Source of the DNA: a virus
Virus record (IMG/VR): IMGVR_UViG_3300008107_000033
Coordinates: 1-64,000 of that record
DNA: 64,000 nt
Strand: one strand, 5' to 3'
Part shown: one piece after another, positions 1-9,429 of the stretch
Position numbering within the stretch: position 1 is the first letter of the stretch
How the letters are laid out: every line of letters begins with the position of its first letter
The notes under the pieces: model-generated
Databases searched by the model: none
What the model was told of the DNA's origin: nothing
The model's input: the letters and a program-made list of their open reading frames with translations, nothing else
Translations under genes and position numbers: made by a program

Positions 1-1
1 G

Positions 2-157
2 ACAGTTCGCATTTTGCAAGGTGCTGACTCTAACGGTTCGGGTGCAGTTGATTTGTGGTCTGGCTCTTGGCAATCATCTACTGCAATTACTTCTATCTAC
101 TGTGGCTTTTCCTCCGCGCAGTATTCTAAATACGCTTTGTACGGGATTAAGGGCTGA
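2..157 (+). CDS. C-terminal fragment of a tail-associated beta-rich protein (paralogue of the next two genes)
   Basis: Frame 2 is open from the window start: TVRILQGADSNGSGAVDLWSGSWQSSTAITSIYCGFSSAQYSKYALYGIKG*. It has the same W..T.AI.SI...LYGIK ending as ORFs 160 and 660. Confidence 0.75.
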   Translation, partial: TVRILQGADSNGSGAVDLWSGSWQSSTAITSIYCGFSSAQYSKYALYGIKG

Positions 158-159
158 CG

Positions 160-660
160 ATGACCGCAACCTATGAATCAATCAGGACACAAACATTAGA
201 TACGGCTGTCGCTGATGTGTTCTTCACTAGCATCCCACAAACCTACACAGACTTTGTGTTGGTTATGGTCGGTGGATGCACTATTAATGCTGGTATTGGA
301 TACCGTTTCAATTCAGATAACACAACCAACTACTCTGTAACTTTTCTTGAAGGTAATGGAAGCGCGGCATCATCAAATCGTTACAGCAACCAAACTTTTA
401 TGCGCATTGGCTTTAACCCAACGTGGAGTTCAGGATTATTTGGTACAGCAATTTCTCATATTCAGGATTATACAAATACAACAACCTATAAAACAGTTTT
501 AAGCCGCATTAACGACATGACAAACGGTGCTTTAGGCGCATCTGCTGGTGTATGGCGAAAAACCCCTGAAGCCTTAAGCTCAATCAATATTATGACTTCT
601 AATGGAACAACCTTTTTAGTCGGTTCAACATTCACGCTGTACGGAATCAAGGCTGCATAA
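160..660 (+). CDS. Tail-associated/receptor-binding beta-sandwich protein, LYGIK family
   Basis: SIPQTYTD motif near the N-terminus and LYGIKAA at the C-terminus; paralogous to ORF 660; stop overlaps the next start (TAATG). Confidence 0.65.
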   Translation: MTATYESIRTQTLDTAVADVFFTSIPQTYTDFVLVMVGGCTINAGIGYRFNSDNTTNYSVTFLEGNGSAASSNRYSNQTFMRIGFNPTWSSGLFGTAISHIQDYTNTTTYKTVLSRINDMTNGALGASAGVWRKTPEALSSINIMTSNGTTFLVGSTFTLYGIKAA

Positions 661-1169
661 TGGCTAATACTTATAAACTTATTCAAACAGTTACCGTTGG
701 TGCAGGTGGCGCAGCCAGCATTGAATTTTCTTCAATCCCACAAACCTACACAGACCTAGTGCTTTTGTATTCTGGTCGTTCAACCCGTGCTGCCAGTGGT
801 GATGACCTTTATATTCGTTTTAATGGACTATCCACAAACTTGTCATCAAGGGCTTTGTATGGAACAGGTTCAGCAACGGCATCATTCAGTGATGCTTCTG
901 TTGCTTATGTCGGATATTTTACGGGAGATACGGCAACTGCATCTGTGTTTTCAAATGGTTCAATTTATATTCCAAACTATACGGCTTCTGTCGCAAAAAG
1001 TATTAGTGGTGATGCTGTTAATGAGAATAACGCTACTGGAGCAACACAATTATTTGGTGCTGGATTATGGAATAACACAGCAGCAATCACCCAAATCAAT
1101 ATCTATGCTTTGAATGGCAACTGGAAACAATATTCATCAGCATCCCTATATGGGATAAAGAACACCTAG
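660..1169 (+). CDS. Tail-associated/receptor-binding beta-sandwich protein, LYGIK family
   Basis: SIPQTYTDL, GLWNNTAAITQI and LYGIK motifs shared with both neighbours. Confidence 0.65.
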   Translation: MANTYKLIQTVTVGAGGAASIEFSSIPQTYTDLVLLYSGRSTRAASGDDLYIRFNGLSTNLSSRALYGTGSATASFSDASVAYVGYFTGDTATASVFSNGSIYIPNYTASVAKSISGDAVNENNATGATQLFGAGLWNNTAAITQINIYALNGNWKQYSSASLYGIKNT

Positions 1170-1180
1170 GAGATACATAT

Positions 1181-1405
1181 ATGGCAACAAAACTAGTAGT
1201 GGACTGCTCCACAGGAATCACAACCGAAGTAGAACTAACCGCTGAGGAAGTAGCACAACGCGAAGCCGACGCTGCTGCGTGGACTGAAAGACAGGCAGAA
1301 TTTGAAGCTGCTGAAACCGCAAAAGCAAATGCCAAAGCATCTGCATCTGCAAAACTTGAGGCTTTGGGTTTAACAGAAGAAGAAATAATAGCAATGCTAT
1401 CCTGA
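1181..1405 (+). CDS. Small acidic helical phage protein (possible tail-fibre assembly chaperone)
   Basis: AGGAG Shine-Dalgarno; Ala/Glu-rich helix; lies directly after fibre-tip genes. Confidence 0.55.
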   Translation: MATKLVVDCSTGITTEVELTAEEVAQREADAAAWTERQAEFEAAETAKANAKASASAKLEALGLTEEEIIAMLS

Positions 1406-1424
1406 ATTCAAGTTTGAATAAGAT

Positions 1425-1453
1425 TTGACAACTAATCATATATAAGCTAATAT
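1425..1453 (+). promoter_or_regulatory. sigma70-type promoter TTGACA-N17-TAATAT, probably giving a leaderless mRNA
   Basis: TTGACA at 1425-1430 and TAATAT at 1448-1453; ATG at 1460 is 6 nt after the -10 box with no SD. Confidence 0.6.
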
Positions 1454-1459
1454 TTTTCT

Positions 1460-2266
1460 ATGCCGGTAGAAGAACAACAAATAAATATAACAATTCCCAA
1501 AGAAAAGCTTGAGCAATGGAATATCTTTTTTGCTCTTCCTTGTTATGATTCTCATGTAACAGAGCCTTTTATGATGAGCTTTTTGCAAGCTTGTCTATTC
1601 TTTAAAGAAATAGGATTAAAGTACTCAATTTGTACAATTTCTGATTCTTTAATTAATCGCGCAAGAAATAACCTTGTTGCTAAGTTTATGGGTAATCCTG
1701 AATTTACCCATATGATATTTATTGATGTTGACTTGCAATTTGATAAAGAATCAATATTAAAACTTCTATGGCATGATAAAGATGTAATGACAGCATCTTA
1801 TCCAATTAAAGAGATTAATTGGGACAAAGTAAAAGAAGGTGCTGTTGGCGAGGTTGAAGCAAAGGACCTAATGGAGTATGGCACAAGATATGTTGTTCAT
1901 ATGACTAAACCTGGAGAAAATCAACTGAACATTGACAATGGAGCAATAGAGTGTTATGAGGCTGGTACTGGCTTTATGTTAATTAAGCGTCAAGTATTTG
2001 ATAAGATGTTTAAGAAATATAAGAAATTAAAATACAAAGACGATACTGGTGCGTTAACTGGGGCAGAAATAGACAATTCTTACGCTTTGTTTAATTCATA
2101 TGTAGATGATGATGGAAGATTTTTATCCGAAGATTATGGCTTTTGTAGATATTGGCAAAAGATGGGTGGAAAAATTTGGGTTGACCCAACAATTAACCTG
2201 ACACATTTTGGAAGAATAAAATATTCTGGTAAAATGTTACAGTTTCTTAAAAGAATAACACAATAA
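1460..2266 (+). CDS. GT-A fold glycosyltransferase (phage type)
   Basis: SLINRARN, FIDVD (DxD), GTGFMLIKR and LSEDYGFC...W...GGKIWVDP...H motifs. Confidence 0.85.
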   Translation: MPVEEQQINITIPKEKLEQWNIFFALPCYDSHVTEPFMMSFLQACLFFKEIGLKYSICTISDSLINRARNNLVAKFMGNPEFTHMIFIDVDLQFDKESILKLLWHDKDVMTASYPIKEINWDKVKEGAVGEVEAKDLMEYGTRYVVHMTKPGENQLNIDNGAIECYEAGTGFMLIKRQVFDKMFKKYKKLKYKDDTGALTGAEIDNSYALFNSYVDDDGRFLSEDYGFCRYWQKMGGKIWVDPTINLTHFGRIKYSGKMLQFLKRITQ

Positions 2267-2282
2267 AACTGCCATAATCTTA

Positions 2283-2290
2283 TTACTATA
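2283..2290 (+). promoter_or_regulatory. Candidate late-promoter motif TTACTATA
   Basis: The same motif recurs in intergenic gaps before structural genes at 15695, 16022 and 19783. Confidence 0.45.
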
Positions 2291-2345
2291 AAACTAGCTT
2301 TATTTAAGGGATATAAAGCAAAATATTAGTTTATATAGGAGCTCC

Positions 2346-5300
2346 ATGGCCCGTTTAAGAACAGAAACCGCACCAGAAATTACAGTAAATGATGAGTCTG
2401 TCGTTTTTAAGGCAGCTTCTGGAGCAACTGCACCACTGATAGAATTCAAAAACTCTAGTGGTGATGTTGTTGGAAACATAGCAGCAAACGGAGTAATGAA
2501 TGTTGTTTCCGTAAATGCATCAAATGCAGGAACAACTTCTACAGACCTTGCTACAAGAGGTTATGTAGATAATTTATTCGCAGGAGTTAACTGGCACGAT
2601 CCAGTTGCATTGGCCACTATAGCAGCACTCCCAACATGTAATTATAATAATGGAACAGATGGTGTTGGCGCAACTTTAACGGCAACAGCAAATGCTGAAC
2701 TAACTATTGATAGCGGAACTGTTTCAGTTGGCTATTCTATTCTGGTAAAGAACCAGGCAGACGCAAAGCAAAATGGAATTTATTCAGTAACTGCTACTGG
2801 CGCAGTCGATGCAGTGTGGGTTCTCACTAGAAGAGCAGACTCGGATAATAGTCCAGCAGGGGAAGTTCAAGTGGGAGACGCTTGCTTTGTTATTGGTGGA
2901 TCAGTTAATGTTAACACTGGTTTTATTTTAACTGGTACAGCAACTGGGGCTGGTGACTCTATTGTGTTTGGTACGGATAATTTGTCGTACGCACAATTTA
3001 CTGGCACTGGTGCATTTACAGCTGGTGATGGCTTGATGATATCAAATACCTCTGTAAATGTTGTCACTGCAAACTCAAGCAGAATAGTAGTTAATGCCGA
3101 TAGTATTGACTTAGCCAATGTGTCGCAAACAAATACCAACACAGGAGCTAGTACTAATTTTATTAATGAAGTTTCTTTAGATTCTTACGGTAGGGTTACT
3201 GGGGTGCATAAATCAGATGTTTCATTTTCTGGCTATGCAACATTAGCAAATCCAACTTTTACTGGTGCACCATTAGCCCCAACGGCAAACGTTAATACTA
3301 ATAATACTCAGATAGCTACAACCGCTTTTGTCCTTGCACAAATAACCGATGATGCCATCGTTAAAACAGCAGCTAATGCAAAAGGTGATATTTTTACGGC
3401 TACTGCTAATGATACTCCAGCAATATTAACTGTTGGAGGTGATGGATACAGACTTGCTGCAAATTCATCTGCAGAAACTGGACTTTCTTGGGAAGTCTAT
3501 AATTTAGACAGTCTTAGTGATGTAGCAATAAATACTCCTTCATCTGATCATTTTTTGCGCTATAACGGTTCAGCTTGGGTTAACGCAAATGCAAAAGAAA
3601 TTTTAAATCTTACTGATCTATTAGATGTAAATATAACATCAGCATCAACTGATCAATTTCTTAAGTATAACGGTTCAGCTTGGGTTAATGATTTAATTGA
3701 TTTAGGAACTGATACAACTGGAAACTACGTTTCAAACGTATCTAGTGGGACTGGAATTACAGTTACCCACACTCCCGGTGAAGGTTCAAGCGCATCAATA
3801 GCTATTAATACAGCAGTAACAGCTGACTTGACAACTGCTCAAACTTTAGCTAATAAAACATTTACTACTCCAGATATAGGTGTTGCAACCGCAACAAGTG
3901 TTAATAAATTAATCATTACAGCTCCAGAAACGTCCGCTACATTAACACTAGCAAATGGAAGTTCCTTTATAACCTCTGGCGCATTTAACACAACCGTTAC
4001 AGCAACAGCAAATACTTCAGTAACTTTTCCAACAACTGGAACTTTATATGGAACAGCATCTGGAAGTATTACCTCATCTCAAATAGCAACTTCTGTTTCT
4101 GATGAAACAGGAACTGGAAACTTAGTATTTTCTGACTCTCCGGTATTAGTCACTCCAAATATTGGAACTCCATCATTTGGAAACTTAACAAGTGCTACAG
4201 GTCTTCCTATTTCTACTGGTGTATCTGGTTTAGGAACTGGTGTTGCAACTTTCTTAGCAACTCCTTCTTCGGCAAACTTAATTGCAGCACTAACTGATGA
4301 AACTGGTACTGGTCTTGCTGTTTTCAATACAAGTCCTGATATCAATACTTCTATAACAACATCTAGTGCAACCTTCAATCTCATCAATACAAACGTCACT
4401 ACATTGAATTTTGCTGGTTCAGCAACAACTTTAGCTATAGGAAATACATCTGGTAACACTACATTAAATGGAAACGTAGTGGTTGGCGGAAGCTTAACAG
4501 TTAATGGAGCAAACACAATAATCAATGCCAACACTCTAGTCGTTGCAGACAAAAACATTCAAATGGCTAACTTGGAAGTTCAAACAAATACAACTGCAGA
4601 TGGTGGTGGGATCCTGCTTCATGGTGCAACCGATAAGACATTTTATTGGTACGATGCATCAGCAGCATGGACTTCATCAGAGCATTTAGATTTAGCATCT
4701 GGTAAAGTTTATAAGATTAATAATGCAAATGTGCTTACCAGCACAACACTTGGCTCTAGTGTTACCGGTTCTTCATTAACATCATTTGGAACAAGCCCTA
4801 CATTAACAACACCTATTATTTCTTCAGGTGGAGCAACATTTAATGGTTCGACATCTGGAACAGTATTACTAGTCGCAAACGCTATTGCTGGCACTACTAC
4901 AATCACACTTCCAGCGACTACGGGAACTGCAGTTACCACAGGTGACAATGGTACAGTCACAAGCACAATGATTGCTAATTCAACAATTGTCAATAATGAC
5001 ATCAGCGCTTCTGCAGCAATTGAACTATCAAAATTAGCAACAAGTACAGCTGGAAATATCATCGTTTATAATGCCTCGGGTGTTCCAACATCTGTTACAG
5101 AGACTGGTGATGTAACGATCTCTGACACTGGCGTAACAGCTATTGCTTCTGGTGTCATTGTAAACGCTGACATAAGCGCAAATGCTGCGATAGACCAAGG
5201 TAAGATAGCAGATTTAACTTTAAATCAGCAAACTACTAGCTATACTTTAGTCTTAACAGATAAAAATAAAATGGTTGAAATTTCAAATGCTTCTGCCACT

Positions 5301-5516
5301 ACTCTTACGGTTCCATCCAATGCAAACGTAGCTTTCCCAGTGGGCTCAACTTTAACAATTCTTCAGACTGGTTCAGGACAGACTACTCTTACCCCTCAAT
5401 CTGGAGTTACGATTAACGCAACCCCTGGTCTTAAGTTGCGCACACAGTGGTCATCTGCTACAATTATAAAGAGAGCCACAGATACGTGGGTAGCACTAGG
5501 AGATTTGGCGGCATAA
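2346..5516 (+). CDS. Long tail fibre protein
   Basis: 1056 aa, rich in Thr/Ser/Ala/Gly/Asn; fibre modules ATRGYVD, LVKNQ.DAKQNGIY, PTFTGAP.APTA, NTQIATTAFV, two YNGSAWVN, two DETGTG; C-terminal tip ending WVALGDL. Confidence 0.85.
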   Translation: MARLRTETAPEITVNDESVVFKAASGATAPLIEFKNSSGDVVGNIAANGVMNVVSVNASNAGTTSTDLATRGYVDNLFAGVNWHDPVALATIAALPTCNYNNGTDGVGATLTATANAELTIDSGTVSVGYSILVKNQADAKQNGIYSVTATGAVDAVWVLTRRADSDNSPAGEVQVGDACFVIGGSVNVNTGFILTGTATGAGDSIVFGTDNLSYAQFTGTGAFTAGDGLMISNTSVNVVTANSSRIVVNADSIDLANVSQTNTNTGASTNFINEVSLDSYGRVTGVHKSDVSFSGYATLANPTFTGAPLAPTANVNTNNTQIATTAFVLAQITDDAIVKTAANAKGDIFTATANDTPAILTVGGDGYRLAANSSAETGLSWEVYNLDSLSDVAINTPSSDHFLRYNGSAWVNANAKEILNLTDLLDVNITSASTDQFLKYNGSAWVNDLIDLGTDTTGNYVSNVSSGTGITVTHTPGEGSSASIAINTAVTADLTTAQTLANKTFTTPDIGVATATSVNKLIITAPETSATLTLANGSSFITSGAFNTTVTATANTSVTFPTTGTLYGTASGSITSSQIATSVSDETGTGNLVFSDSPVLVTPNIGTPSFGNLTSATGLPISTGVSGLGTGVATFLATPSSANLIAALTDETGTGLAVFNTSPDINTSITTSSATFNLINTNVTTLNFAGSATTLAIGNTSGNTTLNGNVVVGGSLTVNGANTIINANTLVVADKNIQMANLEVQTNTTADGGGILLHGATDKTFYWYDASAAWTSSEHLDLASGKVYKINNANVLTSTTLGSSVTGSSLTSFGTSPTLTTPIISSGGATFNGSTSGTVLLVANAIAGTTTITLPATTGTAVTTGDNGTVTSTMIANSTIVNNDISASAAIELSKLATSTAGNIIVYNASGVPTSVTETGDVTISDTGVTAIASGVIVNADISANAAIDQGKIADLTLNQQTTSYTLVLTDKNKMVEISNASATTLTVPSNANVAFPVGSTLTILQTGSGQTTLTPQSGVTINATPGLKLRTQWSSATIIKRATDTWVALGDLAA
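3561..3688 (+). repeat. 23-nt direct repeat encoding the duplicated YNGSAWVN fibre module
   Basis: tataacggttcagcttgggttaa occurs at 3561-3583 and 3666-3688. Confidence 0.85.
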
Positions 5517-5517
5517 T

Positions 5518-5916
5518 ATGGCAGCAGATAGTGGAAAAAGAGAAAAAAGAAAAGCAGCTAAACCCACAATTGCGGCTGGTACAACACAGGCAACAGCTAA
5601 TACTACAATCACTAATGCTGGGTTTGTTGTTGGCTCTGTAACAACTACGGCTACAACAGATCCAGCATTAAACGCAAACGTTACGCCAGCGGTAACCGAT
5701 ACAGTAGTAACCCCATTGGGAACTGCAATAAATTACACTGTAGGAGCTTTTTCTCCTCCAGCCTTCTTTTCTCCTCCAGCCTTCTTTTCTCCTCCATCTT
5801 TCTTTGCCCCTCCAGCCTTCTTTGCCCCTCCAGGATTTTTTGGCCCTCCAGGATTTTTTGGCCCTCCAGGATTTTTTGGCCCTCCAGGATTTTTTAGACC
5901 ACCATCATTTAAATAA
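5518..5916 (+). CDS. Small protein: basic N-terminus, PASTA-like middle, C-terminal (x-Pro-Pro-x-Phe-Phe)9 tail
   Basis: Starts 1 nt after the fibre stop; TQATANTTITNAGFVVGSVT...GTAINYTV resembles a PASTA repeat; the repeat tail is read directly from the sequence. Confidence 0.75.
   Translation: MAADSGKREKRKAAKPTIAAGTTQATANTTITNAGFVVGSVTTTATTDPALNANVTPAVTDTVVTPLGTAINYTVGAFSPPAFFSPPAFFSPPSFFAPPAFFAPPGFFGPPGFFGPPGFFGPPGFFRPPSFK
5749..5910 (+). repeat. 18-nt tandem repeat, 9 units (cct cca nnn tty ttt nnn)
   Basis: Pro-Pro codons start at 5755, 5773, 5791, 5809, 5827, 5845, 5863, 5881 and 5899. Confidence 0.95.
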
Positions 5917-5918
5917 TT

Positions 5919-6560
5919 CTAAAAAGAATTAACAGCATAAAAAGCTGGAATAACCCATCTAACCCCAGATAAAACCGGGGTTACACCGTGCATATAATTT
6001 ATATCTCCAGGATGAGAAACTGCCATACCAGCTACTGGTTTTATTTTTAGGCCATGTTGTGTATAAAAAAGTTCTCCGCCAATATAATTATCGTTAATAT
6101 AAAATAATGAATTGATATCATAATCATCAAAACCATTTGTTCTTCCATCTTGCAATTGTTTGTCGGCATGGGCGATTTGAAAGTCACCAGGTCTCCAGCA
6201 AACTATTACTGGTTTTCTTTTTTCAACAATACAATTATAATTTTCATTTATTGTTGCAGTCATTTTATCAATATAAAAATCTATTAAATCATAAATACTT
6301 TTGTCTAATCTTTCTATAATATAAGAGCTGCAAGTTCTATTTAACCACACATCTGCACCATATTTTATGGTACCATCTTCATGAGATTCACTCTCTTTTG
6401 AATTATCCCATTCGTCTATTTTATTTACAAAATTCTGTAAAGATAATAGATCAGTTTTATCAATAAAATTGTCTATAATTTTAATATTATCTGTAGAATT
6501 TCCAAATGTTCCAGGTAAAACTTTCCACGGTTTTTCATCTGTTATTTCTTCATTAAACAT
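5919..6560 (-). CDS. 2OG-Fe(II) dioxygenase, prolyl 4-hydroxylase-like
   Basis: HAD...YINDNYIGGELFY...HGVTPVLSGVRW (HxD...H...R); GGAG SD on the minus strand; the only credible minus-strand gene. Confidence 0.88.
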   Translation of the reverse strand: MFNEEITDEKPWKVLPGTFGNSTDNIKIIDNFIDKTDLLSLQNFVNKIDEWDNSKESESHEDGTIKYGADVWLNRTCSSYIIERLDKSIYDLIDFYIDKMTATINENYNCIVEKRKPVIVCWRPGDFQIAHADKQLQDGRTNGFDDYDINSLFYINDNYIGGELFYTQHGLKIKPVAGMAVSHPGDINYMHGVTPVLSGVRWVIPAFYAVNSF

Positions 6561-6578
6561 AATTAGCTCTCCGAAAAT

Positions 6579-6614
6579 TGTGGTATAATAGACTCCGCCT
6601 TAAATTATATCACA
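6579..6614. promoter_or_regulatory. Paired extended -10 promoters on opposite strands
   Basis: TGTGGTATAAT (+, 6579-6589) and TGTGATATAAT (-, 6604-6614) lie in the gap between the divergent oxygenase genes. Confidence 0.6.
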
Positions 6615-6636
6615 CATCTATGGGAGAAAGATAATT

Positions 6637-7389
6637 ATGAATCCGCAATATGTTTTTGATCCAAGATTAGGAATAATTATATACAGAAATGCTATTAAAA
6701 ACCCAGAAGTTTTAATAGAAAAACTTGAGTCTGGATTAGCAAAATGTGATTATGATATATTTAAATGGGACTTAGGGACAACTGGAGACCTAAATAAAAA
6801 TAGAGATTATAGAAACTGTAGTGATTTTAAAATTCATCCAGATAATACAGTTTGGGAAAATTTTCCAAAAGCATCAGATATTAAAGAGGTATGCGAAGAA
6901 GTAAAATCTCCATTACTTGAATGTCTATATGACTATGAAGTTAGACATGGGATAAAAATGGATTTTATGGAAAGTTTTAATTTTGTTAAATATATTCCTG
7001 GTGAACACTTTTCTGCTCACGCAGATCATGGGTATAGCTATAATTGCACAGTTTCATCTGTAGCTTATTTGAATGATGATTATGACGGTGGAGAACTGGT
7101 TTTTGACATTTTAAAATTGAAGATAAAACCAAAGGTTGGAGATATAATATTATTCCCATCTACATATATCTATGCACATAGTTCTATTCCAGTTATATCT
7201 GGAACAAAATACGCAGTTGTAACAATGTTTGACTACAATGAAAGAACTCATAAGGGATTTCAATATGGGCATAATTTAGATGGATCGCCAGCCGACACTA
7301 ATGCAGGAAGACCACCAAGATTTTATGGTAGAATGCCTGGTCCAATAAGAAGCTTAGATTCAGATTATTTATTTTCAGGAATTAAATGA
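6637..7389 (+). CDS. 2OG-Fe(II) dioxygenase, prolyl 4-hydroxylase-like
   Basis: FVKY.PGEHFSAHADH, YLNDDYDGGELVF, FPSTYIYAHSSIPVISGTKY. Confidence 0.9.
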   Translation: MNPQYVFDPRLGIIIYRNAIKNPEVLIEKLESGLAKCDYDIFKWDLGTTGDLNKNRDYRNCSDFKIHPDNTVWENFPKASDIKEVCEEVKSPLLECLYDYEVRHGIKMDFMESFNFVKYIPGEHFSAHADHGYSYNCTVSSVAYLNDDYDGGELVFDILKLKIKPKVGDIILFPSTYIYAHSSIPVISGTKYAVVTMFDYNERTHKGFQYGHNLDGSPADTNAGRPPRFYGRMPGPIRSLDSDYLFSGIK

Positions 7390-8123
7390 CAAAAGTAATT
7401 CTTTCAAGAACCCACAATAATCCAGTTGAGATAAGACAGTCTCGAGTCAAAAGAGATTGGATGGATAAAACTCATAACAAACATGCATATCATTGCACCC
7501 CAGTTACTACAGCAAATGTTAGTGGATGGGAAATGATCCTTCCTGAAGAATTAGTTGTAATTTGGGATGGAGGACCTAGTCCAGCTAGAATAATTAGCGG
7601 TGGAGTTTACAATGGTTTTCACTTCGCTCATTCAAATATACATGGAATGATATCTATTGCAACTGGTTGGGTGATAAACACAGAAGATGGTTATAGTTTA
7701 TGGACGACTGGTTCTCCAAATTATTATGTTGATGGAGCCTCACCTATGACAGCAAGTATCCCGAGCAGTTGGTGGCCAGATGAAATTCAAACAAATTGGG
7801 TAATTCATAAAATTAATGAACCGGTTATATTCCCTAAGGGAAGTCCATTTTTGTTTTTTAATATTTATCCAACTGACTTACTTCCAAGTGTGGAATTTGA
7901 AGTAGTTAATAGATGGGAAAATAAAGAACTTGAAAAATCAAGAGAAAAATATAATGAATTAAAAACGAAAAACTCACAAGAAAAACCATGGACATGGGTA
8001 AAGGGAATAAAAACTGGTTTAGACGCAGATAATAATAGAATTGGACCAGGGATGAAAAACTTACCAAAGTTAACTCAATTAGATAATACACTAGGAGAAA
8101 ACAATAATGATGAATTATACTGA
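7386..8123 (+). CDS. DUF6065-like protein
   Basis: KRDWMD...HAYHCTPVTTAN..GWE and GSPN...G..P motifs recognised from memory of DUF6065. Confidence 0.65.
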   Translation: MTKVILSRTHNNPVEIRQSRVKRDWMDKTHNKHAYHCTPVTTANVSGWEMILPEELVVIWDGGPSPARIISGGVYNGFHFAHSNIHGMISIATGWVINTEDGYSLWTTGSPNYYVDGASPMTASIPSSWWPDEIQTNWVIHKINEPVIFPKGSPFLFFNIYPTDLLPSVEFEVVNRWENKELEKSREKYNELKTKNSQEKPWTWVKGIKTGLDADNNRIGPGMKNLPKLTQLDNTLGENNNDELY

Positions 8124-8997
8124 TGTAAAACCAAAACACTTGGGTGGTGGAGTTGTCCTTTTTGAGAATACCGCAACTATTGATTGGGATTGGTTTTATA
8201 AATTTTGTGAAAAAAGTATAGAAAAAGAAAAAGCAGAAATGTACTCACTTGCAATTCATCCAAATACTGGTGAGCAAGTTTATGTAAATGAAAGTGGGTA
8301 TTATTTTGCAACTGAAATGATTGAAAAAATGCCATATAGGGCATCAAAAATACACCAAGATCAAGAACTTCAGGCAATTAAAACTCTATCTTTTATTGAT
8401 GAAGTAAAATACAAGTGTTTATTAAAGTATATAGAAATGTTTCCATTGGTTTATAAATGTGTTTGGTGGCAGAGTAGGGGTCACATAACTCAATATAAAT
8501 CAGATGTTTATATGGGCCCTCACGCTGATATACAAACCGACTATATGTATGGCTTGCCGCACCCAAACCAACAATTGGCTATGAAAAATGTGGTTGGCAC
8601 AATATTCTATGCCAATGATAGTGTTGAGTCAGATGATGAACTTAATGGAAAAAACTTTACTGGTGGCTCTCACTATTTTTCTTATTTAGATATAGATTAT
8701 TCCCCTAAAAAAGGAGACATATTAATGTTTCCCAGCGATTATATGGCAGCACATGAGGTAAAACCAACTGGTAGTGGCACAAGATATGCGTATCTTGGAT
8801 GGTATTGCCATGGAACACCAAATAAAGCTTTAGGTGAAAGCGTTCTTGACCCACTACAAGATCCAGGTAATGCAGTCAATACAGTTAATGTTTATCTTCC
8901 ATTCCTTAGACAAGATTACCTAAAACACCTCGAAGGTAAAGGATACAAACAGGATTCAATGCAGTATATTGTAGCTTTAAATATGGAACAGTATTAA
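8107..8997 (+). CDS. 2OG-Fe(II) dioxygenase
   Basis: MGPHAD, FTGG, MFPSDYMAAHEVKP...RY. Confidence 0.88.
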   Translation: MMNYTDVKPKHLGGGVVLFENTATIDWDWFYKFCEKSIEKEKAEMYSLAIHPNTGEQVYVNESGYYFATEMIEKMPYRASKIHQDQELQAIKTLSFIDEVKYKCLLKYIEMFPLVYKCVWWQSRGHITQYKSDVYMGPHADIQTDYMYGLPHPNQQLAMKNVVGTIFYANDSVESDDELNGKNFTGGSHYFSYLDIDYSPKKGDILMFPSDYMAAHEVKPTGSGTRYAYLGWYCHGTPNKALGESVLDPLQDPGNAVNTVNVYLPFLRQDYLKHLEGKGYKQDSMQYIVALNMEQY

Positions 8998-8999
8998 TA

Positions 9000-9221
9000 A
9001 TGAATATTTCTGAAGAAGAAATTAATTTAATTAAAGAAAAAACTTCTTTATACTTAACTAAGTCTATTCATAAATTGTCTTATATATTAGGCATGGATCC
9101 AAAGCAGATAATGAGTGCATCGTCTTTAAATGATTTAATAGATGATAACGCATCGCAAATGCAAAAAGATGCGATTACCTCACTATACAATCAAGTCATC
9201 GCATTAAAAAAACTTAGTTAA
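9000..9221 (+). CDS. Small helical protein, cassette gene A (paralogue of 14287-14502)
   Basis: YLTKSIHKLSYILGMD versus YLEKSITTLSAILGID. Confidence 0.7.
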   Translation: MNISEEEINLIKEKTSLYLTKSIHKLSYILGMDPKQIMSASSLNDLIDDNASQMQKDAITSLYNQVIALKKLS

Positions 9222-9222
9222 T

Positions 9223-9429
9223 ATGGAACCAAAAGAAATTAGCGAAAAACTTATTCATGAGTTTACAGAAAAAATGGATAATGTAGTACCTACGTATTCT
9301 GATGAAGATGAAAATATTGTAATGGAAAATGGCGGAACCACAAGGGAGTATGTTTTAACAAACGAGTTTGCTGAAATAAATAGATATATAATTCTTCCTT
9401 TATCCCCAAGCATAGAAGATTTAACATGA
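9223..9429 (+). CDS. Small acidic protein, cassette gene B
   Basis: Tightly coupled ORF; occupies the same position as 14504-14695 in the second cassette. Confidence 0.6.
   Translation: MEPKEISEKLIHEFTEKMDNVVPTYSDEDENIVMENGGTTREYVLTNEFAEINRYIILPLSPSIEDLT

Noticed and set aside
2346-5516. Ala-Asn dipeptide abundance (about 22) in the tail fibre as a glycosylation signal
   Set aside because: Only about twofold over my rough expectation for an Ala/Asn-rich protein; not convincing without statistics.
5749-5910. 18-nt repeat as a CRISPR array or collagen
   Set aside because: There are no unique spacers, the repeat is in-frame coding, and the period is 6 aa without Gly at every third residue.
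5749-5910. PPAFF matches part of the fungal cyclic peptide antamanide
   Set aside because: Short low-complexity match; no prolyl-oligopeptidase macrocyclase or MSDIN-type leader is visible, so it is not evidence of homology.
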